DNA of 63,956 nucleotides, counting the filler, from Rhabdomonas costata (lineage: Eukaryota): the NCBI GenBank assembly GCA_019059605.1. It is 58 parts of 58 records of this genome, joined end to end, with 100 filler letters (N's around TTAATTAATTAA, not from the genome) between each part and the next. Parts side by side here need not be neighbours in the genome. Positions count along the whole stretch, not along the records: positions 13,262 to 14,266 come from JAHMHO010034133.1; positions 14,367 to 15,371 come from JAHMHO010034135.1; positions 15,472 to 16,476 come from JAHMHO010034136.1; positions 16,577 to 17,581 come from JAHMHO010034137.1; positions 17,682 to 18,686 come from JAHMHO010034138.1; positions 18,787 to 19,791 come from JAHMHO010034139.1; positions 19,892 to 20,896 come from JAHMHO010034140.1; positions 20,997 to 22,001 come from JAHMHO010034141.1; 50 more parts are not named here. The stretch is one strand, 5' to 3'. Each line of letters opens with the position of its first letter. The stretch's first letter is position 1. The notes beneath the pieces are model-generated. The model searched no databases and was not told where the DNA came from. It was given only the letters and a program-made list of their open reading frames with translations. The position numbers and the translations under genes are program-made. This document shows, in pieces, positions 13,400 through 24,309 of the stretch.

Positions 13400-14065
13400 A
13401 TGGTAAAAAATAAATTTAAGTTACCAAATGAGATAATAAAGTTTAAATCCTCTGATAAAGATCATCATCAAAAACCTGATTATCATGATTTAGCCAATTG
13501 TTGTAGTCCTGTTTTTTGTGTTATTGCTGGAAATGTGAACTGTGGCAAGACATCATTATTAAAAAATCTACTTGTTCATAAAGAGCCACATTATGAAAGA
13601 ATTGTAGTATATAGTCCATTAGGTGAAGCCACAAATGAATACAGTGACGTTATCGATTGTGAGCTAATTGATTTTGTGCCTGATTTTGAATTTTTTGATC
13701 GTGAAGTTCGTAATTGTTTCATAGTCGAGGATTGCGATACTAAATCATTATCTAAAAATGATCGCTACACCTTGGGGCGGTTCTTTGGAGTCTACGCGTC
13801 GCATAATAACATAGATATTTACGTTATAAGCCAAAATGTATTTGATTTATTACCACAAATTCGAAGACTTGCAAATATTATATTTTTGTTTAAAAATAAT
13901 GATTTAGAATGCATGAAATCACTTGCTAAGAAATTTTCAATAAGATTAGAAGATTTAAAAGCAATATTTCATACATTTACAAAATATGATAGTCTTTGTA
14001 TTGATGATAGCAGAGAATCACTATATAGACTGCGTAAAAATATTTTTGAATTAATTCACGTCTAA
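13400..14065 (+). CDS. A32-like DNA packaging ATPase (FtsK-HerA superfamily) of Polinton/Polinton-like virus type
   Basis: Complete, intronless, AT-rich 221-aa ORF. Walker A GNVNCGKT (nt 13529), Walker B CFIVED, the H.N motif (ASHNN), SQ sensor (YVISQ), arginine finger (LPQIRR.AN) and a C-terminal hydrophobic-ID strand are all present. Confidence 0.9.
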   Translation: MVKNKFKLPNEIIKFKSSDKDHHQKPDYHDLANCCSPVFCVIAGNVNCGKTSLLKNLLVHKEPHYERIVVYSPLGEATNEYSDVIDCELIDFVPDFEFFDREVRNCFIVEDCDTKSLSKNDRYTLGRFFGVYASHNNIDIYVISQNVFDLLPQIRRLANIIFLFKNNDLECMKSLAKKFSIRLEDLKAIFHTFTKYDSLCIDDSRESLYRLRKNIFELIHV

Positions 14066-14093
14066 TTATATTCATTTGTAAGTGAATATAATT
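14064..14093. terminator. AT-rich hairpin between two convergent viral-type genes
   Basis: AATTATATTCA-(TTTGTAAG)-TGAATATAATT is a perfect 11-bp stem that fills the gap between the two TAA stops. A terminator role is inferred. Confidence 0.45.
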
Positions 14094-14266
14094 TAATAAA
14101 GAACATGTTTTAGAAAATTTCTTTTATGATCATCACTTGTATACAATTTGTCATCAATCATATAACCACTTCCACTTATTTTTTCTTTTACTAAATTCCA
14201 GATTTTGTCCAGCGCTGTTCCAGCAAGAGCTGAAATTACACCAACTGCTAAAGGTCCAACACCCCC
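14093..14266 (-). CDS. C-terminal part of a small Gly-rich, amphipathic protein (candidate virion core or membrane-active protein); absent from the ORF track
   Basis: Open from the contig end: GGVGPLAVGVISALAGTALDKIWNLVKEKISGSGYMIDDKLYTSDDHKRNFLKHVLY* (TAA 14095-14093). It converges on the ATPase. Confidence 0.6.
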   Translation of the reverse strand, partial: GGVGPLAVGVISALAGTALDKIWNLVKEKISGSGYMIDDKLYTSDDHKRNFLKHVLY

Positions 14267-16592
14267 NNNNNNNNNNNNNNNNNNNNNNNNNNNNNNNNNN
14301 NNNNNNNNNNTTAATTAATTAANNNNNNNNNNNNNNNNNNNNNNNNNNNNNNNNNNNNNNNNNNNNGTTGGTTTGGGCACAGGAACGCCTTGCTGTGTCT
14401 CATCTTTTTTTTCTAAGGTGCGGCATCAACGCATACAGCACATATTGCGACATCCTTTCTGCAGTGACAACTCGATCTGATGGGTCCATTGTGATGGAAT
14501 GTCCGACGAAATTTCCGACAACTCTGGTATAAGCCGGGACCCTAGAAGAGTGGTGTCATGGTGTCTGAAGAAAGAACTTTCAACAGAGACCCGACTTGCG
14601 GTTTGAGTTCAAGTGAAATTCAAGATTATTCAGGGGGTCAAAGCTTGCCTCGTCCTCTGGCAAAGGACATGGTTTTATATCGAGTTTAGAGAGCTCTATT
14701 CTGAGTGTGAGCTTCCAGATGTTTATGCACGGCTCTAGTATGTGGCTTTTTGGGTATTGCGCAGTGACCGACACTTTTTCTTCTGAATGACTTTCCGGTC
14801 ATAGTAAAAGTAATTGTTATAGTAATAGTATTAGGTCCAGTTTGGTTGGTTTTTCCCCAGCTAACTTCTATATAGCAAGTTTCCGATTATACATCCAGCC
14901 TTGCTTTTTCCCCGTCTTCCCCTGCAAGCGGATTTGGTGTTGGCATTCCCCCAATTGTGTTTAATTTTTACCAAAATACAGTGACACCTGGCTGTAGTGC
15001 AGTTGTGATAAACACACAATGCAAAAAGAAATATTTGAAAACAAAGCGCTTGTCAGTATCTCCTGGAGTCTACATTTGACGTTTCCTATGGCCGAAAGCA
15101 GGTAGAAGACGAGCACGCGTGCCCCAGGAGTGCGATGCTGGCACGGGATATCATGCAAGTTCCAATGGTGTCCGTTTGTGCACCCGAGGGAGGAGCACCT
15201 AGAGCAGACCCGCGCAGAGACGAACCCAGTGCGCAGAAGTACAAGCGGACCATCGAGCTTCGCAAGAAATCAAAGCCCCTATGCTAGGGCCAACGGGAAG
15301 CCAAAGTATTCGCAGACGCACCAGGGCAAAGAGTCAGTGAGGCAGCCTCGAGGTACCGGAGGCTCAGCGGANNNNNNNNNNNNNNNNNNNNNNNNNNNNN
15401 NNNNNNNNNNNNNNNTTAATTAATTAANNNNNNNNNNNNNNNNNNNNNNNNNNNNNNNNNNNNNNNNNNNNTTTTTTTTCATTGTTCGCTTTCGTCTGGA
15501 GACAGGGGGATGGTTGGACGGATGGGGGTTGTTGATGGAAGTGGTTAGATTGCACGGAGTCAGATACTCCGGGTGTACAGCATCGGTTGCAGGGCATCCG
15601 GTGCACGCGCGCGTTGTACTCTGCGAGTGTTGGCAAGTTAGCGTTGACAGCCACGACTTTCTCCTTGCTTTTTCTTCGCGAGAATTGCACTCTGCCCTTT
15701 TTTTACATTCATCGCTGTGCGCCGGTGGCATTGTCTCACCCAGCACAGTTTGTTTCTACCCTGCACAAAAGCTTGATTGTGACGCTGCCTCACTCTTCTG
15801 GGAGACCCCCAGGGTAAGATGTCCCTTTCCTGTTGGCACCGAAAAACTCTGTTTAGGGTAAACCAGCCATATGTGTGATAACATGCTTTCATGGGACTTC
15901 CATCGGACTCTGTTCTCAGGAGGAAAAAGAGATTACTGGGTCCTTTGTCGCCATCAACCAAAGCCTGTCCGACACATTGGCCAAGAAAAGTGCCGGGACT
16001 GAGGCTGTCCCGATTCGTTGCCTTTACGTGCAATGCCCCATTGGTGTTGGTACTCCGGAACAATGTTGTTGATTATCGGCTGAAGGAGGGGGAACGGGAA
16101 AATGTTTCAATATCCCCTCTTGAACAATCTGACCCACTGTGCGAACGGCGTATGTTTTCGCATTCTTTTCTTCCTGGTTGAGGTTACACAGGTCCGCATG
16201 CAAGTTTTTCTATCAAATGTTCACTGCTTCGAGTTTTCGCTCGTTTGTTGTCGGACTCCTCGCCTTCTTTCCAGGGTTTTTCCTCAGTCATAGATGACCA
16301 TTCCTTTTTCTCCCGTTTCTTCCCTTGGCATTTCGCCGAGCGGATTGCAACCTTCACCCAAGCGACCTACGTTGATACCTCAGTCGAGTGGTATCAATGC
16401 AGCGAATTCAGGTTCTACGACATCTCATCCGAATTAAAGTAGCTACACCGGTTTTCGATGATACCCACACAAACAANNNNNNNNNNNNNNNNNNNNNNNN
16501 NNNNNNNNNNNNNNNNNNNNTTAATTAATTAANNNNNNNNNNNNNNNNNNNNNNNNNNNNNNNNNNNNNNNNNNNNGTGTGGTGGGGTGCAG

Positions 16593-17554
16593 GTGAACAC
16601 CCGCGCGGGGAAGCGCTACGGGCACCCGGACTACGTTAGCTCCGGGTGTGGGGTAGGCCGGGAGGCCACGCTGTTCATGCTGCGGCAGGGCGTGCGGGTA
16701 ACGGGTACGGACGGGTGGTCCTGGGACGCCCCCTTCGTGCACACCGCACAGCGGTGGGAGCAGAGCAAGGACCCAGGGCTTATCTGGGAGGGGTGTGACC
16801 AATACTTGCGCGTTGCACCCTCGTCCTCCCCCCTCCCTCATCCCCTTGGTTCGGTCCAGCACTTGGATGGCTCGCGTCATCTCAAAAAGAAGAGTAAGGG
16901 GTACACAACAAACAGGTCGAAAAGGGGCCAAAACTCCTCCAGGTCCAAACCAGTTTTTTCACCACCCTTCTTAGCTTCTGAGTCTGCAAATGCCATATTT
17001 ATAATGCAGACTTTTTGAGGTGACGCGGACAACACAAACACACGCGCAAGACTGAGGTCATTGCTGCCTGTTTCGCCCGCCCACTTCGGCTGCGTCGCGG
17101 ACGGGCCTACTCGGCACGGTGGGCTGGCCCCGGCCTCCTAAACAAAACTGTCTCAGTTGTCCCGCAAAACCCTGCTACAGGCTCCGTTTTCTGTTACCTC
17201 TCGTATCCGTTAACCGCAACTCTAAGTCCTTTTAGAACCGATAATTGACCACTTTGCAATGGCGGTCACCAGTACAAAGACCGTACCCTTGAGCGGTATT
17301 CAGGATGGATGGATGGGAGCGTTGTGTCATCAAAGAACTTGCTTCACTTCCTCCTCGCCGCCGCGTGTTTTGAAATGTGTGGAAATTTTCGCAGTCACCG
17401 CGTGGGCCGAGAGATTGGGTACTGCCATCTGGAGAAGCTGCACAATCTGGAGGCCCTGCCTGCCACGGGGTTCATGGTGAGCTGTTTCCCCGTGAAGATC
17501 CGCGCGGCCTCTGCGGGATGGACCAGGGCGGTGGCGATCGTCGACGGGGCTTGA
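16593..17554 (+). CDS. Cyclase / kynurenine-formamidase-like metal-dependent hydrolase, 3' two exons
   Basis: Exon 16593-16792 (VNTRAGKRYGHPDY..GCGVGREAT..GVRVTGTDGWSWDAPF..LIWEG), then GT-AG intron 16793-17394, then exon 17395-17554 (HRVGREIGYCHLEKLHNLEALPATGFMVSCFPVKIRAASAGWTRAVAI..*). Splicing restores WEGH in frame. Confidence 0.9.
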
Positions 17555-20022
17555 GCTGATCGGATTTTTCCCCACCACACCNNNNNNNNNNNNNNNNNNN
17601 NNNNNNNNNNNNNNNNNNNNNNNNNTTAATTAATTAANNNNNNNNNNNNNNNNNNNNNNNNNNNNNNNNNNNNNNNNNNNNTGTTTTGTGGGTTCCCCCG
17701 CGCTCAATCACTGGGCTGCCAACGGCACCTGGAATAAAAACGAGCAAGGGGGAACCCGCAAAGGCGATATCTATTTCCGCTCATAATATTAAACTCGACT
17801 TACTATTGGCTCTTTGTCGAGTAATACGCACGGCACTTGAGGGAAAAAACGAAGCAGCCCTGGACCTATCAACCGGTGCGTCGCGCCGCTTTTCGGCAAT
17901 CAAGAATTTTACGGTTTGCTTTCTTTTTTATGAATACTACTTCATCATCAACTTGAAATTATAGAATACAGAAGAAAAAGAGAACCTCTGCAAAAAAGGG
18001 AATTCTTGCGTGGGCATCTACCTGCACCCTTTGAGGCTCTGCAGGGTCAGGTTTCGCGTTGCCACGCGGAAAAGACTCTCAAGAGAAGAAAATTCGGAAA
18101 GCAGAATTTCCTCTCAAGCTCAGAAATACTCAGCAATTCCACTCACCAATCCGTCTCGCCTGGCTGTTTAAAGGTTTGCCACAGCTAATGGCTTTTCCAT
18201 CGATAAAGGAAAGTGGAGTCAGGGGAACAGGAGAATGGTTGCCGATCTGGTCTCCAGATTAATTCGAGAAGCGTGCATTTTCTTCCTGAAGCGTGCATTT
18301 TCTGACCAGCACGTTGTCCCCACAAATCTACGAATCTGAAGTAATTTCTAAACCAGGTGTCCGATTTCAAATTTCCACAGAATCGGCCGTTGAACTGGTG
18401 TATAGAAGAATCGCACAAACCCCATAATTCTGGTAATGAATTGCACCCTTCCAGCTTTTGCACCGGTCTTTCACTCCATTGGAAACTGGCTTCCATAACA
18501 ATGAAGCAGAAGCGGGTGCAAACCAACCCAAAAAAAAACGGGAAAGGGGGAGGTCAACTCTGAACGCAAGGAACTGTGGGCCGTCCCCCCTCCGAAACAG
18601 AGGAAGAAAAGCGGAATCCCAAACGAAGACAGCACCACCAGCTCCGAGGCAGACTGAGCCTCCGCACCGCATCTTCCACAAAAACCNNNNNNNNNNNNNN
18701 NNNNNNNNNNNNNNNNNNNNNNNNNNNNNNTTAATTAATTAANNNNNNNNNNNNNNNNNNNNNNNNNNNNNNNNNNNNNNNNNNNNTGTGTGTGTGGCAA
18801 GTACAATTAGTGGGACACACTAACCGAACGTCATCACACGATTTTGATTCGCAGCGTTTGAACCGAGACACAAAAATCACGTGTGTGTGTGCGTGCGTAT
18901 GTGTTACTGTACGTGTACGTATATGGCGTATACGTATAGCATTTGGTTGTTGTGCACACATTACCTGCAACCATGGCCACTGGTAACGATGGAGCTAAGG
19001 TGGTGGAGAATCCGCACAGGTTGCTCAACTTCACACACTGAGGTGATATCGCGTTGTGGTGGGGCGAGTCATGTCATCAAGCCACAGGTTGGCCAAGGTG
19101 GTGTGACCCCATTCATCCATGGACACAACACCATAGTTACTACGCGTATACATCAACGTAGGGTGTGTTACCCTGTTAGTAGTGTAGCGAGTGTGTGCTA
19201 GTACCAGGTGTTGGGATAGGCGTATGGTTCATGCGAATGGTGTGGTAGGCTGCCAATGTACCGTGTTGTAACCATCCTTCGTTGTACCTGTACCTATTCC
19301 TTCACCCTGTGGTGTGGTTCGGCATCAACACTCCTAAGCTCTCAGCACCTCATGTAGAAGGAGGGTTAGAATGACGGTGCGTTAGTGTTGTGTTGCTGGT
19401 GCCTTCCCTGGTGGTGGTCAAGGCTACTACACAGAGGGTGATGATTCCCAACGGTGTAGCGACTGATGTTGGAGTGATGCTAAGTGGAGGGCGCCGATCC
19501 CGACATGTGCGTTGATGCCTTTCTCAGTGGTAGCACTCACAGCATCCATCATGGTACGTGTAGGTAGAAGCCTTGAGTGTCAAAGGTGAGACGTAAGGGA
19601 GTGATGGGATGCAAGGTTCGCTCCACCACCATAAGGATGGTTACGCTCACTGGGTCACACTCGCTCCTTGCTACGCAATGTCTCTCCTGTTCCTTGGTTG
19701 GTTCTGTCGGTCACACTCGCTCCTCTCACTGCGCTCGATGTCACTCCTGTTCCCTCCTTAGCCATGGTTCAACTGTCGTCACAACCACACCNNNNNNNNN
19801 NNNNNNNNNNNNNNNNNNNNNNNNNNNNNNNNNNNTTAATTAATTAANNNNNNNNNNNNNNNNNNNNNNNNNNNNNNNNNNNNNNNNNNNNGCATCAGAG
19901 GAATTCACAACAGCAAAAAAAAAAGAAGCATATCTTGGTTTGCGTTTTGAAAAAAAAAACAGAGCAAGCCCTCCTCCAGCAAAAGCCGCACGAAAGGTGG
20001 ACTACCGCCGCAGTGAAATTAC

Positions 20023-20833
20023 GCGCAAGCATGCCGACGTTATGCCCTGTTCGATTAAAGTGTCGATGACGTAGTGCCCTGCGGACCGAGAGTGGCAGTT
20101 CACAGGAAGGCCAAGTTCCTTGGCGACGCACAGCTGCTGCACAAACTGATGTTGCTGACGTTCTCTCCGCTGGGTTGCGACAGAGGGGTCCGCACCTGAA
20201 ACATGAAACATGAGCAACTCGACGCAAGAGGCGTGAAACACATACTGATGAACGCATAATCGCATGCAGCATTAACTTCGTCTTTTGAGCTCATAACGTG
20301 GAAGAACCACTGGTAGGGAAGAAAAAAGTCATAATGCACCTGAAAAGGTGGATCACAAGAGAAGATATATCTGAAACACGCGTTGGATGGTTACTCGGAC
20401 GGAGACCATCAAAGTCTTGTTGTGTTGTGTTGTCCACCACCTAAAAAGAATATATAATGTATATAATGCCTGCCCGGCTCTAGGCTCACAGAACGAACAT
20501 AGGATGACTCACAATACCCATGAACCTTTGATACCAAAGCTCACCGAAAACTTTATGCGCTCCTTGTTGGCTTCCCGCGCCTAAATTTCGCCAGCTAGGA
20601 CAGTCCCTTAGCAAAAAGCCAAAAGCTCTTGCTGCACCGAGAACGGCAGGAGTGAAGTCCAGTCCGATCTCCCCGACACAGGCTAGCCGCTCGTGGTGGC
20701 TTCGCAAGAGCTACAGCATCCCCGGAAGCTCGTCCGCTTCAGATGCGGGCAGGTCAGGTGCGGGGTGCAGTCCCGCACACGGGATGACAAAGGTGGGGTA
20801 CCGCTCTGCAAGACGAAGCACCTCGTGAGCATC
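20023..20833 (-). pseudogene. tatD: TatD-family DNase (TATDN3-like), two exons, with an in-frame TAG
   Basis: Exon 20833-20638 reads ..CAGLHP..GML*LLRSHHERLACVGEIGLDF. Exon 20195-~20023 reads ..QLCVAKELGLPVNCHSRSAG. The GLHP, GEIGLDF and HSR motifs are present. TAG is at 20713-20711. Pseudogene versus error versus recoding is unresolved. Confidence 0.6.
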
Positions 20834-23800
20834 CTGAACACCCCACAACATCACCAACAAGAGGTGGTCTAGGTCATCTAGCCCGTGCCCAACACCNNNN
20901 NNNNNNNNNNNNNNNNNNNNNNNNNNNNNNNNNNNNNNNNTTAATTAATTAANNNNNNNNNNNNNNNNNNNNNNNNNNNNNNNNNNNNNNNNNNNNGGTG
21001 TTTAGCAAGATAGTTTCCATGGTCTTTCGCTTTCTCCTTCACGACAACATGCTCCACGTCGCCGTTTGCAATCTGTGCAAGAAAAATGGGGACAAGTTGC
21101 CTTTTCTTTCACCGCAATGGCCTGAAGTCACACTATCCTGAGACACGGACAATTTGGTTTTGCCAACCAAAAACAACCTACATTTGTTCAGCCCGATTCG
21201 CCTTTGGGATAGGATTGTCTCCAGCCACCGCCTGGGAAGGCGAAAGGACGGCAGCCCTGCAAACTTAATTTACCACACCTTTCGTGCCAACTTGGGGTCG
21301 GCACTATGCTCTCAGTTCGTCTCCTTGGAACCTCACGTGGATCAAGCCTGGCGATATGTCAGCTGCCTCCCTTCAAAGCAAAAGACCATGGAAACTATCT
21401 TGCTAAGCACCCGACGGGACTTGCACTCCTACTTCACAGAAGCACTCGGCCCCTTCCAGCAAACCGAAATTCCTGCTCGCAGGAAGTCACTGCAATGGAC
21501 GAGTTGCTCCGCTCCCCTGGAAAGGAAACGTGCGCCCTTCCTTCTCCAACTACAAAGAGACGCCCAACTGCAGGAACCCCTTTCTGGTTGTTTCCTCAGC
21601 ATCTACACCCATCTCTCAACGGCGCAGCGACTGCACTTGTGCACGCAGTCATGGCGACTCCTCCTCTAAGAGCGTTTATATTGAACTACTCCAACTCCGG
21701 GAACTCAGACCTCCTTGCGCTGCACAACACTGTCTCACGCCTCTGGGATGGAGATTGCATTCCACTGAAAGACTGGAGAACCCTGGAATCAGCACTTTCG
21801 GTTGGAGGACACCCTGGAGCGCTAATGCAAAGAATACAAGGCCGGTTTCTGTCCCCAACATTTTGAGACGCAATGCGTGTCGGATTCCAGATCAAAGCCT
21901 TTCGCCAATGCCGCGCTCACCCTCTGGACAAGCTCTTCCATGCCCCAATCCTGATCCTCGGAAGCCACACGCCTCCAGAAAGCTCTGGAACCACCAAAAC
22001 CNNNNNNNNNNNNNNNNNNNNNNNNNNNNNNNNNNNNNNNNNNNNTTAATTAATTAANNNNNNNNNNNNNNNNNNNNNNNNNNNNNNNNNNNNNNNNNNN
22101 NTTTTTTTTTTCTTCCGGCAGATTTTTTTCACGTGGGGGAATTTTCGCGTGGGTGTATAAGTTTCGCGTTTTCTGCATTTCCGTGTGTGTGTGTGTGTGT
22201 CGGCCTTCTAGAGTGGGTTAGGTACGTAGGGTGGGGTGGTGACTTTGGGGCTAATTTTCGCGTTGGTATTTGTTTTTCTGTCTCCGTTGCTGTCTCCGGT
22301 TCCGGTTCCTGTGTCTGATTAGGCCTTCGTTACTTAGGGTGTGTTTTGGGGTACCTTCCTGCTTTTTTGTCTTTTCCACTTCCTTCCCACTCCTTGCTCT
22401 CACTGTATCGCTCGGGGGTCTTGCCCTTCTCTCTCTCCGGTTCCTCCTTCTCCACCATTTCCATCTATCGCTTTGCTTTTCTGCCGGGCAGGGTGTCGTG
22501 TATTCGGGATGTGTTTTTCCAGGCTTGCCTCGGTCAGATGTTCTTGCTTTTCCTTCCCCTTCCTCATCAACTTTCTTCCCATTCAACTGCTCCCATATAT
22601 CTCTCATGACTTTTTTCACTGGCTTTATCCAAGTGCACCGCTTCTTTATCTACTCTTGAGCTTTTCTGAATTCCCATATCATCGACAGAATTTATCTCTG
22701 CTATTGCAGCAACAACGCCCTCCTCTCTTCTCAACTCAAGAGCTGAACTTCCAATCTTTAGCGGGTTAATCATTCCTCGCAATTCTCGTATGTCAACCAC
22801 TTTCTCTACTCCGTCGAAAATGACTCTCAAAATTATTGACCACTGCAAACGCCAACGTGTTCTTTATCTTTTTATTTTAGTTGTCATGTTTTTATCAGTT
22901 TTTACTGCTTCGATAATAAATATACACAATGAAAACGGTTGGATTAAATGTGAGCTCTCCAGCGCAATAACTTCTAATCATACCATTGTTAGTGGATTCT
23001 CATGATTAATTTATATGATTTTGTGTATGCATACCTTTTGGCCATCAGGAGAGAACATTAACTACAAAATATGGTTACATCACTGGTTTTAATATGCTAA
23101 TGGGNNNNNNNNNNNNNNNNNNNNNNNNNNNNNNNNNNNNNNNNNNNNTTAATTAATTAANNNNNNNNNNNNNNNNNNNNNNNNNNNNNNNNNNNNNNNN
23201 NNNNGGTTGGGGGGCCTGCGGTAGTCCAGGACGACCAGCGGAGGCTGGTTGTGCGCCACCACCCACTCCAGGCTGAGCGGGGGTGAGGCCGACGAGGATG
23301 AGGAGCTGGCGTTGCCGTCCTGCGTAAAAAAAAGAGGAGGGCTGCGACGAGGTCATCACTTTGGGATGGGAACTGGGGAAAATTAGCGGGGAGGAAGATG
23401 AGCTTCTTGGAAATTCTTAAACGGCGGTGTGTGGGTTATGGTGATCTTCGTATGGCGATATAATAATAAAAGAAAAAAGAGCCAAATATATTGGCGCTGC
23501 TTCTGCAAAAGGTGCCTCACAGTTCCCATTTGTGCATGCATACACATTTAACTTTTGCCTTTTACTCTTCATCCACATGTCAGCACTACTGCTACAATAC
23601 TAGAATGATGTTGTCATGCTTATAGCGGGGGAGCACCATCCTCCCTTCAGTACTTTAGTCCCTTAGCACAGCTTTAGGATTCGCCCACGCCCGCAAAAAA
23701 AAATAGACAACGCAGAAGGCACTACAGAACTTTATTCGCCGAGTGCTCTGCAAAGCTGCAATCGGGGTAAAGGCACGCAAGGCAAGCAGCGCCATGGATT

Positions 23801-24309
23801 TTATCTTTATCTGCTGTGCTGCTCTCTGTGGCCTTCACACACCCTCACACACACACACGTACACACCGCGAAGGTGAGCTGCATGGCGGTAGGTAGGTCC
23901 CCCACAGACACCTCCACCGCGCCAGAGCAAGCCTCGGGCCGCATCGGGGATGCAGTCTGACTTCCCTGAAAGCACGCACACATCGACGTCCAAACAAGAC
24001 CGCACTCCTTAACCCCAGCGCACCACAAAACATAAGCGGCAGAGGCCACTTCGCCACAGAGTAATCACAAAAAGAAGGGTCTTCACAGAAACATTGCTTG
24101 CACGAGGCATACCTGAGATCTTCCTTCCGCTTTTTGTGGGTACCGTGGAGTGAATCCAAAGAGCCGGTTTAAAGGAGCTCGAACTTACGAATATAGACAA
24201 AAAACACTCNNNNNNNNNNNNNNNNNNNNNNNNNNNNNNNNNNNNNNNNNNNNTTAATTAATTAANNNNNNNNNNNNNNNNNNNNNNNNNNNNNNNNNNN
24301 NNNNNNNNN

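Larger units (their letters stand above)
13262..14266. mobile_element. Fragment of a Polinton/Maverick or Polinton-like virus (integrated or free state unknown)
   Basis: Packaging ATPase, gene-dense intronless layout (42-bp and 27-bp intergenic gaps) and a strongly AT-rich composition unlike the host contigs. Confidence 0.8.

Noticed and set aside
15133-15186. C-x5-C-x4-C-x3-H (Nab2-like) pattern RCWHGISCKFQWCPFVHP
   Set aside because: A single short motif with an unclear exon context, insufficient to call a gene.
20997-21411. ~30-bp inverted copy of internal sequence at the contig start
   Set aside because: Amplification inversion chimera at a contig end.
21154-22001. Overlapping long ORFs, vaguely transposon- or ubiquitin-hydrolase-like
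   Set aside because: They are frameshifted and have no diagnostic motif I can identify with confidence.
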